Part shown: positions 8,086 to 18,044 of the stretch, in pieces
Layout: each line of letters opens with the position of its first letter
Position numbering within the stretch: the stretch's first letter is position 1
From: an uncultured Methanosarcinales archaeon
Lineage (GTDB): Archaea; Nanobdellota; Nanobdellia; Woesearchaeales; GW2011-AR9
Reading direction: 5' to 3'
Assembly (NCBI GenBank): GCA_964344235.1
Contig: CAYFMJ010000002.1
Span: 13,320-77,319, forward strand
Length of the DNA: 64,000 bases
Program-made: the position numbers and the translations under genes
The notes under the pieces: generated by a model
Database searches by the model: none
What the model saw: only the letters and a program-made list of their open reading frames with translations
Told to the model about the DNA's origin: nothing

Positions 8086-10512
8086 TTATTTCTCAATACC
8101 GATAGAAATACCAAATTGTGCTGTTTCTAGGGAAGTTTCACCTTCAAAGAAGATCTCTTTCGCATTTAACACAGCTTTCAAGTCCCCTTCAATACTACTG
8201 ACAACTGCAGCAAAATCAGCATCAGAACTCTTCAATACTAACTTAGAAATCTCTTCTTTCAGAGAAACGTTCTGCTCGGACTTCCATTTTCTAACCACAT
8301 TAATAATCTCTACTCCAACATCTCCAGCTTTCTCCGCAGTCTCATCTACGAGAGCAGGATCAAATGTAGGCCACCCGCCACTATGAATACTCACGTGCCC
8401 TTCTTTCCCAGCAAAGTATAGTTGGTAAATCTCTTCCGTAATATGTGGCATCACTGGTGCCATTAACTTCAATACTCCTAACACGGCTGCATACAGTGCT
8501 ACTTGGCCGCTAGTTCTCTTTTCAACCCCCCTTGCATCTGGGTTATATAGTCTGTCTTTAACAATCTCTAAATATTGGTCACAGAATATTTTCCAGAAGA
8601 AGGCATCAGTTTCCGCTTTTGCTTTAGAGTATTCATATTTCTCAAACACTTCCGTTGCTACATTTATAGTCCGATGCAGCTTCGATATTAACCACTTATC
8701 AAACATCTCAACAACTTCTCCATCAGAATAATCCTCTAAATGCATGATACTAAATTTAGATGCATTCCATAATTTGTTCACCGTCTTCTGTCCTGTCAAC
8801 AAATCTTTCTCTTGGAACGGTAGGTCATCACCTAACTTTGAACCAGCTGCCCAATACCGTAACGCATCTGCAGAGAATTTCTCAATCATTTTCTGCGGTT
8901 CAACAATATTCCCCAGAGACTTTGACATCTTCTTGCCATGTGGATCTTGTGCGTGGCCAGAGATAACAACATCATTCCACGGCACTCTGCCAAAATGATA
9001 CCAACTTTTCACAATAGTGTAAAACAACCATGTTCTAATGATATCGTGCGCCTGCGGCCGTAGAGCCATTGGTTCGTCCACATAGGAGACATTATATTCT
9101 CCCTGGTGCACCCAATTTCGTGCAATCTCAGGAGTGATGGAAGAGGTTTGCCACGTATCTAACACATCCACTTCCCCTACTAAATTGTCAACATTTCCCG
9201 TATAATTTTTTGGCTTGTCAACCGTTGGGTCAACTGGTAATTCGTCCATTGCAGGCAACACCACTCCTCCTGTCTTTTTATCCACCCACACAGGAATCGG
9301 AATCCCAAAATGTCTCTGACGAGAAATACACCAGTCCCAATTCAAATTCTGTACCCAATGGTCATACCGCACTTTCATATGTTTCGGATACCATTTAATC
9401 TTGTTTCCTGCATCTAATAACTCTTGTTTTTTATCAAGAACTTTAATGTACCACTGCTTTGTTTTCAAAAATTCGAGTGGCGTTTTACATCGTTCATGCA
9501 CATTTACCGCGTGTGAAATTTCTTTTTGTCCTACTAACGCACCAAGTTCCTTCAGCTTCTCTAAAATGGCCTTTCGTGCTTCGACAATTTTCATCCCCTC
9601 GAACTCTCCAGCTAAAGAATTCATCTTACCAAACTTCTCAAATACAACTCGTAACTGTAAATCATGTTTATGCCACTTCTCTACATCTTCTTTATCTCCA
9701 AAGGTACAGACCATCATCAACCCAGTTCCTTTTTCTTTGTCGACGGATTCGTCGGATAAAATCGGCACTTTTTGACCAAACACTGGCACCACAGCATACT
9801 TATCCTCCAACTCCTGATAGCGCTCATCCCCTGGGTGATAGAATAACGCAACACACGCTGGCAACAACTCTGGTCGTGTTGTAGAGATAATCAACTCTTT
9901 GTCCCCACTCATAAACTTGATGTCATTAAAATGGGAATTCTTATCAACGGATTCAAACTCAGCTTGCGCGATAGCTGTTTGACATTTCACACACCATGCA
10001 ACTGGCGCTTCTTGTTGGAACACTCTTCCTTTCTTATACAGATCAATAAACGATGCCTGTGATGTAATTTGACAATGTTCACTAATGGTTGAATACGATT
10101 TCGTAAAATCGGCTGACATGCCAATCTGCCGCCAATCTTGCACGAATGCAGGTTTATTTTCTTTGATAAAATCATTACAAATTTTAACAAATTCCTCTCT
10201 GGAATATTTCCGTGATAAAATTTTCTTCGTCTTCTCTACTAAGATCGCTGTTGCTAACCCATTATCATCAGTACCAAACGGAAAAAACACATTCTTCCCC
10301 ATCATTCTGTGATAGCGTGCAACAATATCTTGTTGCGCATACGAAAACGCATGTCCCATATGCATTTTTCCGGAAACAGTTGGCGGTGGCGTGTCTATTG
10401 CATACGTTTCTCTTGCTTCATCCGGGTTATACTCAAATACCTTCTTCTCTTCCCAGTACTTCTGCCACTTTGCCTCAGAGACTTTAGGATCATATCGCTT
10501 TGGAAGTTCCAT
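8086..10512 (-). CDS. valS: valyl-tRNA synthetase
   Basis: Class I motifs PPPTVSGKMHMGH (HIGH-type) and KMSKSLGN, plus an editing-domain-sized insertion. Start taken at MELPKRYDPK (10512). Confidence 0.85.
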   Translation of the reverse strand: MELPKRYDPKVSEAKWQKYWEEKKVFEYNPDEARETYAIDTPPPTVSGKMHMGHAFSYAQQDIVARYHRMMGKNVFFPFGTDDNGLATAILVEKTKKILSRKYSREEFVKICNDFIKENKPAFVQDWRQIGMSADFTKSYSTISEHCQITSQASFIDLYKKGRVFQQEAPVAWCVKCQTAIAQAEFESVDKNSHFNDIKFMSGDKELIISTTRPELLPACVALFYHPGDERYQELEDKYAVVPVFGQKVPILSDESVDKEKGTGLMMVCTFGDKEDVEKWHKHDLQLRVVFEKFGKMNSLAGEFEGMKIVEARKAILEKLKELGALVGQKEISHAVNVHERCKTPLEFLKTKQWYIKVLDKKQELLDAGNKIKWYPKHMKVRYDHWVQNLNWDWCISRQRHFGIPIPVWVDKKTGGVVLPAMDELPVDPTVDKPKNYTGNVDNLVGEVDVLDTWQTSSITPEIARNWVHQGEYNVSYVDEPMALRPQAHDIIRTWLFYTIVKSWYHFGRVPWNDVVISGHAQDPHGKKMSKSLGNIVEPQKMIEKFSADALRYWAAGSKLGDDLPFQEKDLLTGQKTVNKLWNASKFSIMHLEDYSDGEVVEMFDKWLISKLHRTINVATEVFEKYEYSKAKAETDAFFWKIFCDQYLEIVKDRLYNPDARGVEKRTSGQVALYAAVLGVLKLMAPVMPHITEEIYQLYFAGKEGHVSIHSGGWPTFDPALVDETAEKAGDVGVEIINVVRKWKSEQNVSLKEEISKLVLKSSDADFAAVVSSIEGDLKAVLNAKEIFFEGETSLETAQFGISIGIEK

Positions 10513-10587
10513 CTCCGTAGTGATTTTGGATATATTTAAAAAACTACTGACGGAAAACATAAAAACATTCAGCACTTCTTTCCTTCT

Positions 10588-10932
10588 ATGAAATTCTACG
10601 GCTACAAAGGCTGCGGCACCTGCAGAAGAGCAATCAAATTTTTAGAAGAACATAATGTTGCTTATGACTTCATCCCCATCCGCGAACAACCTCCTTCAAT
10701 GGACGAACTACGACAAATGCTCACCAGATATCCTTTAAAGAAATTATTCAACACATCTGGCCAGGATTATAGAAAATTAAACATCAAAGAAAAACTTCCT
10801 TCACTAACGGAGTCACAAGCACTACAACTTCTCCACAACAACGGTAATCTCATCAAACGCCCTTTTGTTATTGGCAAGAATATTTTTTTAATTGGTTTTA
10901 ACGAGGAGCTTTGGGATACAACATTCTCATGA
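10588..10932 (+). CDS. ArsC/Spx-family thioredoxin-fold protein
   Basis: MKFYGYKGCGTCRRAIKFLEE...LIKRPFVI is typical of the ArsC/YffB family. Confidence 0.75.
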   Translation: MKFYGYKGCGTCRRAIKFLEEHNVAYDFIPIREQPPSMDELRQMLTRYPLKKLFNTSGQDYRKLNIKEKLPSLTESQALQLLHNNGNLIKRPFVIGKNIFLIGFNEELWDTTFS

Positions 10933-11242
10933 GTTGGTAAGCTCTTCCCTTGGGTTCGATTTCCACTTTTACTAAAAACCGTTCTTTGTCTCTACTTGGG
11001 TGGTAATCTAACGTAACATACCCCTCGTGCTCTAACGCTTCTACCACGCCCATGCTATAACGGTCGCCACTTTCAATAAATGTTCGTGTATGTCCATATT
11101 GCCCCATAAACTCTAGAAACTCTAGACCTCTTTTAACAGCTACGGCATAAGACAACTCACTTCCCGTAACTTTTCCTGGTCCTTTCTTTAAAATCTCCGC
11201 TAACCCTACGGCCGGCCTATCTCTTTCTGGTAATCGACTCAT
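10898..11242 (-). CDS. hypothetical protein, possibly winged-helix-like, downstream of the histidine kinase
   Basis: 114-aa ORF, 39 nt downstream of the HK gene on the same strand. LEHEGYVTLDYHP resembles a wHTH wing. Visibly GC-richer than its neighbours. Confidence 0.45.
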   Translation of the reverse strand: MSRLPERDRPAVGLAEILKKGPGKVTGSELSYAVAVKRGLEFLEFMGQYGHTRTFIESGDRYSMGVVEALEHEGYVTLDYHPSRDKERFLVKVEIEPKGRAYQLMRMLYPKAPR

Positions 11243-11281
11243 TTTCTCTAAAAACTAGCATTTTTTTAAAAGTCTAACTCT

Positions 11282-12055
11282 TTATCTCTCGACACTCTTT
11301 CTTTCCTGAGGGAAATATAATGTAAACGTACTTCCTTCTCCTTCAACAGATTCAACTCTTACAAAACCATGAATTAAACCACACACCATGTCAGTTAATG
11401 CAAGTCCTATCCCTCGGTTGTGACCATTAGAACTCCATCCCGGCTCAAAGACCTTTGGAAGGCTTTTTTCAGTGATTCCCTCTGCATCATCCGTGACAGA
11501 GATCTCAATAAATGGGTCTTCCAATCCATATATACCTGTATTCGGACCGAGATATCCATGGAGTTCCTCTGGCAGTGTGACAACTCTGCCTATAAGAGCC
11601 AAATCCCAATCCGCGCCTCCCCCGTGAAGTCGAGAATAAGCCTCCTGTGCATTTCTTGCAAAGTTAAACAGCTGGGTATAAATTACAGAACCATAGTTTA
11701 GCACTTTTACCTCTTCAATCTCAAAAGAATCGTTCACCACACTCATTCTACTTTCTCTTTTTGTCATGTAAGCAGCTAAATCTGCTAAAACATCCCTTAC
11801 AGAGAAGTCTGCAGCACTTATTCTTCCATACAAACCCAATTTACTCACAGCTGTAGTGACGGCTGCCTGGTGTCTCGTAAGGGCCAATAACCGCTCCGCA
11901 AAAGCCCCATCATAACTCTCCACGAGGGATTCAGCAATCCACGCTACCGCTTGCTCACACCCTTGCAAATCATGCCCCAATCTTCGAAATAACAAATCCT
12001 TCTCTCCCTTTGTTGGATGTTCTATGCTGCTCGGTCTAAAGAAATATTCGGCCAT
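11282..12055 (-). CDS. sensor-less histidine kinase core (DHp + HATPase_c)
   Basis: H-box-like FRRLGHDLQG, N-box LFNFARNAQEA, G1 VTDDAEGI, F VFEPGWS, G2 RGIGLAL. No TM or sensor domain. Confidence 0.7.
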   Translation of the reverse strand: MAEYFFRPSSIEHPTKGEKDLLFRRLGHDLQGCEQAVAWIAESLVESYDGAFAERLLALTRHQAAVTTAVSKLGLYGRISAADFSVRDVLADLAAYMTKRESRMSVVNDSFEIEEVKVLNYGSVIYTQLFNFARNAQEAYSRLHGGGADWDLALIGRVVTLPEELHGYLGPNTGIYGLEDPFIEISVTDDAEGITEKSLPKVFEPGWSSNGHNRGIGLALTDMVCGLIHGFVRVESVEGEGSTFTLYFPQERKSVER

Positions 12056-12155
12056 ACCAGAAGAATTTACTGCAACTATATAAATTTACTCTTTCAAAGT
12101 AATAAACAAAACCAAGACCACAAATCTTTAATACATAACTAACCAAAAACAAAGC

Positions 12156-13352
12156 ATGACCTTATTCAGCTTGAAATACGCTCCCAAGAACACCGCACAA
12201 CTATTTGGCCAGCAGTTAGCAGTGTCTCAACTGAAAGATTTCATTGTTAATTACAAAACCAAACAACAGAAAGCTGCTTTACTTAACGGTCCAATTGGCA
12301 CCGGTAAAACCTCTGCCGTCTACGCAATTGCCAAAGAACTCAACTATGACATTCTGGAAATCAACTCTTCCGATTTACGGAAAGCAGATAATATCAAGTC
12401 ATTTCTCGACTCTGCTCTTGGGCAGCAATCATTATTCTTCACACCGAAGATTATCCTGATAGATGAAATCGATAACATCTCTGGAGTGAAGGATCGGGGA
12501 TGTATTCCAGCTGTTGTGAAAGCCATTCAGAAATCGTCATTCCCTGTCATCTTCACTGCCAACGATGCAACGGATAAGAAACTCAAGCCATTGAAAAAAC
12601 TCTCTCTCACTATTGACTTCCATAAATTACAATATCGGACCATTACCCACTGTTTACAATGGGTCTGTGAGCAGGAAAATATCAAAGCAGATGAAAAAGC
12701 ACTCAACACGTTAGCCAGACAAGCTGATGGAGATATGCGTGCTGCGCTTATCGACCTCCAAATCTGCGCTTCTTTAGGAGAAATAACCTTTGACTCTGTC
12801 CTCCATTTGTCAGACAGAAAACGTACAGAGTCCATCATGAACGCTCTACGTATTATTTTCAAATCCTCTTCAGCTGAAAACGCTTTAGGTGCATTAAACG
12901 ATGTTGACGTTGACATTAACCACATTTTTTTATGGTTAGATTATAACTTACCAAAAGAATACCTCAAACCGTCTGCGTTAGCACGAGCGTATGAGCATTT
13001 AGCGCGGGCAGATATCTTTAACGGTAGAATTAGACGCAGACAACACTGGCGTTTCTTAGTGTACATCTTTGATCTCTTAACAGCCGGCATCTCCTCTGCC
13101 AAAGATGAAAAGAATCCAGATTTTGTGCAATACAAACAAACGATGCGTTTGTTGCGAATTTGGCAATCAAACATGAAAAATGCAAAGAAAAAAGAAATTG
13201 CGAAGAAGTTAGCTGAGCATACTCACACTTCTACTAAAGTAGCGATGCAACAATTACCGTATTTACAAACAATGCTCCGTCACTCTAACCCCACAGCTAT
13301 AGCAGAAGAGTTGGAGTTAACTGATGACGAAGTTAGCTGGTTGAGGAAGTAA
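12156..13352 (+). CDS. rfcL: replication factor C, large subunit
   Basis: AAA+ Walker A GPIGTGKTS, Walker B ILIDEIDNI, and the RFC-large C-terminal region. Confidence 0.8.
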   Translation: MTLFSLKYAPKNTAQLFGQQLAVSQLKDFIVNYKTKQQKAALLNGPIGTGKTSAVYAIAKELNYDILEINSSDLRKADNIKSFLDSALGQQSLFFTPKIILIDEIDNISGVKDRGCIPAVVKAIQKSSFPVIFTANDATDKKLKPLKKLSLTIDFHKLQYRTITHCLQWVCEQENIKADEKALNTLARQADGDMRAALIDLQICASLGEITFDSVLHLSDRKRTESIMNALRIIFKSSSAENALGALNDVDVDINHIFLWLDYNLPKEYLKPSALARAYEHLARADIFNGRIRRRQHWRFLVYIFDLLTAGISSAKDEKNPDFVQYKQTMRLLRIWQSNMKNAKKKEIAKKLAEHTHTSTKVAMQQLPYLQTMLRHSNPTAIAEELELTDDEVSWLRK

Positions 13353-13393
13353 TCATAAAAACCTTAATAAACCTCAACAAAATCAAATAACCA

Positions 13394-14863
13394 ATGAAAC
13401 ACACAGCAAAAGAGTTGGCAACATTCTGTAAAAAGAAAGGTTTCATCTATCCTTCTAGCGCTATCTACGGCGGTGTGGCAGGATTATATGATTACGGCCA
13501 TCTTGGAACGAAGCTCAAACACAATTTTCAAAATGTCTGGAGAAATTATTTCCTCTCATTAAATGATAATTTCTACGAAATTGAGACAGCCAATATTATG
13601 CATGAAAAAGTCTTCAAAGCATCCGGGCATTTAGATAATTTCACAGACCCTGTCGCAATCTCAGAATCGGGCCATTTCGAACGAGCTGACCATTTAATTG
13701 AGAAAGCTATCGGAGAAAGAGTAGAAGGCCTCTCATCAGAGGAACTCAAAGAATTAATTGACAAATATAACATCAAATGTCCTACCTCCGGCACAAAGAT
13801 AGTTGACGTGAAAATCTTCAACATGATGTTTCCGTTAACGATGGGAGTAAACTCCACAAACAAAGCCTACCTACGACCAGAAACAGCACAATCTCCCTAC
13901 GTGAACTTCAAATTGCAGTATGAGTTATTGAGAAAAAAACTTCCTTTGGGGTTAGCCCTTATTGGAAGAGCATATCGAAATGAAATCTCGCCACGTAACC
14001 TCACTCTTAGACAACGAGAATTCACACAGGCAGAATTGCAAATTTTCTTCAACCCCCACAACATCAATGAACATCCGGATTTTGATGACGTGAAAGACTA
14101 CCCTCTGCGAACAATGTTAGTAGAAGATAGGGAAGCAAAAACCATTACCGAACGAACGCCAGAAATGTTATTGGAATTGGGATTACCAAAGTTTTATGTC
14201 TTTCATCTAGTAAAAATCCAACAATTCTATCTTGACGTTCTACAAATCCCAAAAGACAGATTTCGGTTATATCAATTAAACGATAAAGAAAAAGCATTCT
14301 ACAACAAATTTCATTTTGACATTGAAATTGATCTAGCAGAACATGGCTTCTACGAAGTCGGCGGTTTACATTACAGAACAGATCATGATCTCCATGGGCA
14401 TCAAGATATTTCCAAAGAAAAAATGGAAGTGTTGGATGAAGCAACACAACAGAAATTCATTCCGCATGTGCTGGAGTTAAGTTTCGGTGTTGATAGGACG
14501 GTGTACGCTCTTCTCGACACCTCCTACCAAAACGATGCAGACCGAGGAAACATTGTATTACACTTACCAAAACTCTTCACGCCATTTCATTGTGCTGTCT
14601 TTCCGTTAGTAAAGAACAAAGAAGCAGTTGCCAAGAAAGCACGTGAAGTCTATAATGTAGTGAAAGAAAATTTTTCCTGCTTCTATGATGAAGCTTCTTC
14701 CATTGGGAGACGCTACGCACGTGCAGATGAAATCGGAATTCGCTACTGTATCACAATCGACTTCGAAACACTTGAAGATGCATGTGTTACCATCAGAGAT
14801 CGAGAAACAACCAAGCAAGAACGCATCCCTATTGCTAATTTATTAGAAACATTGTCGAAGTAA
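13394..14863 (+). CDS. glyS: glycyl-tRNA synthetase (archaeal/eukaryotic type)
   Basis: KKGFIYPSSAIYGGVAGLYDYGHLG, RPETAQ, FRNEISPR, and a C-terminal anticodon-binding domain. Confidence 0.9.
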   Translation: MKHTAKELATFCKKKGFIYPSSAIYGGVAGLYDYGHLGTKLKHNFQNVWRNYFLSLNDNFYEIETANIMHEKVFKASGHLDNFTDPVAISESGHFERADHLIEKAIGERVEGLSSEELKELIDKYNIKCPTSGTKIVDVKIFNMMFPLTMGVNSTNKAYLRPETAQSPYVNFKLQYELLRKKLPLGLALIGRAYRNEISPRNLTLRQREFTQAELQIFFNPHNINEHPDFDDVKDYPLRTMLVEDREAKTITERTPEMLLELGLPKFYVFHLVKIQQFYLDVLQIPKDRFRLYQLNDKEKAFYNKFHFDIEIDLAEHGFYEVGGLHYRTDHDLHGHQDISKEKMEVLDEATQQKFIPHVLELSFGVDRTVYALLDTSYQNDADRGNIVLHLPKLFTPFHCAVFPLVKNKEAVAKKAREVYNVVKENFSCFYDEASSIGRRYARADEIGIRYCITIDFETLEDACVTIRDRETTKQERIPIANLLETLSK

Positions 14864-14865
14864 AC

Positions 14866-14873
14866 TTTATATA
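14866..14873 (+). promoter_or_regulatory. TATA box TTTATATA, 22 nt upstream of the ATG at 14895
   Basis: Same motif and spacing recur at 15881, 38899 and 40257. Consistent with leaderless transcripts. Confidence 0.45.
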
Positions 14874-14894
14874 CCTCACTTCTCTTTTCTAACT

Positions 14895-15431
14895 ATGAAT
14901 AAAAGAGGTTCAGCATTTGCAATCACTATTACTATTTCTCTATTATTAATTGGGGGACTGAGTGCGCTGTACTTTCTTATTGATGACACCAGAATACAAT
15001 GGTTATCCCTCGCACTCCTTTTCGCAGTGTTCCTGTTCTTAGTGATAGATATTGTACGAACGTTCACTTCCCCCTCTCATCATCTTAAAAAATCAATCAA
15101 AGAAATGCATTCCCTCATCAAAAAGGAGCCGTTGGAAACACTCCGGGAGAAATACGTTGCCATTTACGAATCCTACATGAAATTATCTGAAAAGAAGAAA
15201 CAACACTTCTACCAAGACATCCATTCTCTTAGGGAAACAATTGAAGACCAATTACAAGCAGAGAAAAAAGTAGAAGAATTATTACAACAATCCTCCCAAG
15301 GAACAGTACAACAGCAACAGCAGATCTATGAGTTACTCCACACATATTCTCAGAAATTGCCACAGAAAGTACAAGAGAAATTCTACCCGCAAATCGTTGC
15401 TATGAAAGAGAAATTGAGTCGAGGGACCTAA
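14895..15431 (+). CDS. hypothetical membrane protein with coiled-coil C-terminal part
   Basis: Two N-terminal hydrophobic segments followed by a Q/E/K-rich helical region. Confidence 0.5.
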   Translation: MNKRGSAFAITITISLLLIGGLSALYFLIDDTRIQWLSLALLFAVFLFLVIDIVRTFTSPSHHLKKSIKEMHSLIKKEPLETLREKYVAIYESYMKLSEKKKQHFYQDIHSLRETIEDQLQAEKKVEELLQQSSQGTVQQQQQIYELLHTYSQKLPQKVQEKFYPQIVAMKEKLSRGT

Positions 15432-15481
15432 TCAATATCATAGAAATCTATATATACTACAAACGTCCCAACCCCCCCACA

Positions 15482-15871
15482 ATGGAAATCAAAGACATTC
15501 AAGCAAATCAGGGAAATATTGATGTGGTTATCGAAATCGTGGCGAAAGAAGAACCGCGGACGTTTGAGAAATTCGGAAAACAGGGAAGAGTTTGCAACGC
15601 GAAAGCTAAAGACGGTTCTGGGGAGATTAAACTTACCTTATGGAATGAAGATGTGGATAAAGTAAATGTAGGTGATAAAATCCATCTGCAAAACGGTTGG
15701 TGTTCTGAATACCAAGGAGAAAGACAACTCTCTTCAGGTAAATTTGGTAAGATTGAAGTTGTTGAACAATCCTCACAAGAAGTCTTCACCAACAGTGCTG
15801 AAATGTTGGGCCAACCGCAACCAGATCAAGAATCTTTAGAAGTCATCAAAGATGAAGAGATGGTTGAATAA
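15482..15871 (+). CDS. OB-fold single-stranded nucleic-acid-binding protein (SSB/RPA-like)
   Basis: Single OB-fold pattern (IDVVIEIV...GRVCNAKAKDGSGEIKLTLWNEDVDKV..GDKIHLQNGW...GERQLS) with an acidic C-terminal tail. Confidence 0.65.
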   Translation: MEIKDIQANQGNIDVVIEIVAKEEPRTFEKFGKQGRVCNAKAKDGSGEIKLTLWNEDVDKVNVGDKIHLQNGWCSEYQGERQLSSGKFGKIEVVEQSSQEVFTNSAEMLGQPQPDQESLEVIKDEEMVE

Positions 15872-15880
15872 GACCGAACT

Positions 15881-15888
15881 TTTATATA
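15881..15888 (+). promoter_or_regulatory. TATA box TTTATATA, 22 nt upstream of the Pop5 ATG
   Basis: Motif and spacing as above. Head of the exosome/proteasome superoperon. Confidence 0.45.
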
Positions 15889-15909
15889 CTCTTTTTTTAT
15901 TATAATTCT

Positions 15910-16236
15910 ATGAAACTCTTACCTGCATTAAAACAAAAAAAGCGGTACATTGTCTTTGAAATAATCTCAGATAATAAATTCTCCGCTTCAGAAGTACAAG
16001 CAGCAGTGAAGGAAGCACTCCATTCTTTCCTGGGTGAGTTAGGCATCGCAAAAGCAGGTCCGATGTTCATCAAAGAGAAATATACTTCCAATAAGTTTAT
16101 ATTAAAAGTCAATCATAAATATGTAGATGAGTGTAAATCTGCACTTATCCTCATCAAAACCATTAAAAAGAGGCCAGTGATCTTCCGTTCTGTGATTACA
16201 TCTGGCACAATAAAAAAAGCAAGCACATTCCTGTGA
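15910..16236 (+). CDS. rnp2: RNase P protein component 2 (Pop5/Rpp14 family)
   Basis: LKQKKRYIVFEI start, about 108 aa, and the canonical position directly upstream of psmA in the archaeal superoperon. Confidence 0.7.
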   Translation: MKLLPALKQKKRYIVFEIISDNKFSASEVQAAVKEALHSFLGELGIAKAGPMFIKEKYTSNKFILKVNHKYVDECKSALILIKTIKKRPVIFRSVITSGTIKKASTFL

Positions 16237-16237
16237 G

Positions 16238-16972
16238 GTGGATATTATGCAACCAAGTAAACAAATGATCGATAAGATGGGCTACGACCGTTCCATCACT
16301 ATGTTTTCTCCTGATGGTAGATTATTACAGGTAGAATATGCAAAAAAAACCGTACGACAAGGTTCAACCGCCATTGGCATCGCCTGTAAAGATGGCGTCG
16401 TTCTAGTAGCTGATAAAAGAATTAATTCAAAGTTAATGGTTCCTGAGGCTATTGAGAAAATGTTTAAAGTTGACGACCACATCGCTGCAACCGCTTCTGG
16501 CATTATCTCAGATGCAAGAGTGCTAGTAGATAGGGTGCAGTTAAAAGCACAACAGCATTCTGTAACATACGATTCAAAGATTGATATTCTCTCTATTGTG
16601 AAAGATATTTGCGATTTGAAACAAATCTGCACCCAGTCAGCTGGCTTACGGCCGTTTGGTGTTTCCATGCTACTTGGCGGAGTGGATGAGGATGGTGAAG
16701 TGAAACTCTTCTTAACAGAGCCATATGGAATTTACTTCCAGTTTAAAGCAGCTGTTATTGGAGAAGGTGAAAATGACATTGAACCTGCTTTACAGAAGGG
16801 CTACAAACCAAACATGTCCTGTGAGGATGGAATTCGGTTCGGCTTAAGTTTACTGAAAGGGTTCTTAGGTTCTGAGTTTAACTTTGATAGAGTTGATACA
16901 GTTGTTGTGCGAGCATCTGATAAGCGCTACACAAAGTTAAGTAACGACGAAATGAAGAAGTTGATGAAGTGA
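16238..16972 (+). CDS. psmA: proteasome alpha subunit
   Basis: YDRSITMFSPDGRLLQVEYA signature. Confidence 0.9.
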   Translation: MDIMQPSKQMIDKMGYDRSITMFSPDGRLLQVEYAKKTVRQGSTAIGIACKDGVVLVADKRINSKLMVPEAIEKMFKVDDHIAATASGIISDARVLVDRVQLKAQQHSVTYDSKIDILSIVKDICDLKQICTQSAGLRPFGVSMLLGGVDEDGEVKLFLTEPYGIYFQFKAAVIGEGENDIEPALQKGYKPNMSCEDGIRFGLSLLKGFLGSEFNFDRVDTVVVRASDKRYTKLSNDEMKKLMK

Positions 16973-16979
16973 TTCATGC

Positions 16980-17672
16980 ATGTCAGAAAAACTATCTCTC
17001 GCGAGAATCAAAAAATTCGGACAAACGTTTGAAATAAGCATTGATCAAGATAAAGCAGTTGCTTTCAAAGAAGGTTCTCTTACTGACGTTAGAGAAGCGC
17101 TCCAATCAGACGACATTTATACCGATGCAAAGAAAGGACTGAGAGCAACCTCTGAAAACCTTGCCAAAGCATTCCAAACAACTGATCCATTAAAAATCGC
17201 AGAAATAATTCTCAAACAAGGAGAGATTCAAGTCAGCGCAGAGCATCGTGCAGCTGAGAGGGAGCAACGAAGAAAACAACTAATTCAATTAATCCACAAA
17301 CAAGTTGTTGATCCTAAAACAGGTTTACCTCATCCAGTTACGAGAATCGAAGCTGCGTTAGAAGAAGGTAAAATTCATTTAGATGACCACAAATCTGTTG
17401 AAGAACAATTTGACAACATAATCTCTAAACTCCGTCCAATCATCCCTATTAGTATTGAGAGAAAAAAGTTAGCTGTTACCATTCCTTCTACCTACACTGG
17501 GAAAGCCTATGCTGCCGTAAAGTCAATAGCCCCCATTATCAAAGAAGAATGGAAATCTGACGGGAGCTGGTTTGTTCTGATAGAAATTCCTGCTGGTTTA
17601 GCGCCGGAAGTTATCGATAAACTCAACAGCTTAACGCAAGGCGAGGTAATGATCGAAGAAAAGAAAAATTAA
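16980..17672 (+). CDS. SBDS-family ribosome maturation protein (Sdo1)
   Basis: ARIKKFGQTFEISID N-terminal FYSH domain, about 230 aa, conserved position after psmA. Confidence 0.85.
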   Translation: MSEKLSLARIKKFGQTFEISIDQDKAVAFKEGSLTDVREALQSDDIYTDAKKGLRATSENLAKAFQTTDPLKIAEIILKQGEIQVSAEHRAAEREQRRKQLIQLIHKQVVDPKTGLPHPVTRIEAALEEGKIHLDDHKSVEEQFDNIISKLRPIIPISIERKKLAVTIPSTYTGKAYAAVKSIAPIIKEEWKSDGSWFVLIEIPAGLAPEVIDKLNSLTQGEVMIEEKKN

Positions 17673-17971
17673 CTACATTCATTTACTCTTCGCACAAAAT
17701 CATTGTACAACGTAACTCCATAATCTTCTGAGAGATCAACTTCAACTCGATACGTCTCTCTTAAATATTCTCTTGCGGCTTCTTCAAAACTTCCTTCCGG
17801 CACACTTTGCAAATGTCCATACCGCTCGCAGAACGCTGCTTTCTGGCCCGTCGCTTGTTGGTTTGCCCAATACGCGCCAATTCCCAACATCGCAACTCCA
17901 ACTACTGCTGCTTGCCACCCGGATATGCTTAAAATTCCATCCACAATTTCTCTCAGACCCATCCTAGACAA
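17669..17971 (-). CDS. hypothetical small membrane protein
   Basis: 100-aa ORF with one hydrophobic segment (WQAAVVGVAMLGIGAYWA). On the opposite strand, inside the superoperon. Confidence 0.4.
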   Translation of the reverse strand: MSRMGLREIVDGILSISGWQAAVVGVAMLGIGAYWANQQATGQKAAFCERYGHLQSVPEGSFEEAAREYLRETYRVEVDLSEDYGVTLYNDFVRRVNECS

Positions 17972-18044
17972 TTGAGGTAATTACTATAAAAATATTGCCT
18001 CAAATAACCACAAATCAGTAACAACCAATAATCAACCAAAACCC

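Noticed and set aside
8744-10591. Many 60-140-aa plus-strand ORFs inside valS, and similar antisense ORFs inside essentially every large gene in the track.
   Set aside because: They lie entirely within strongly supported genes on the opposite strand. They have no motifs and Ser/Leu/Phe-rich shadow-frame compositions, so they are artefacts of antisense reading.
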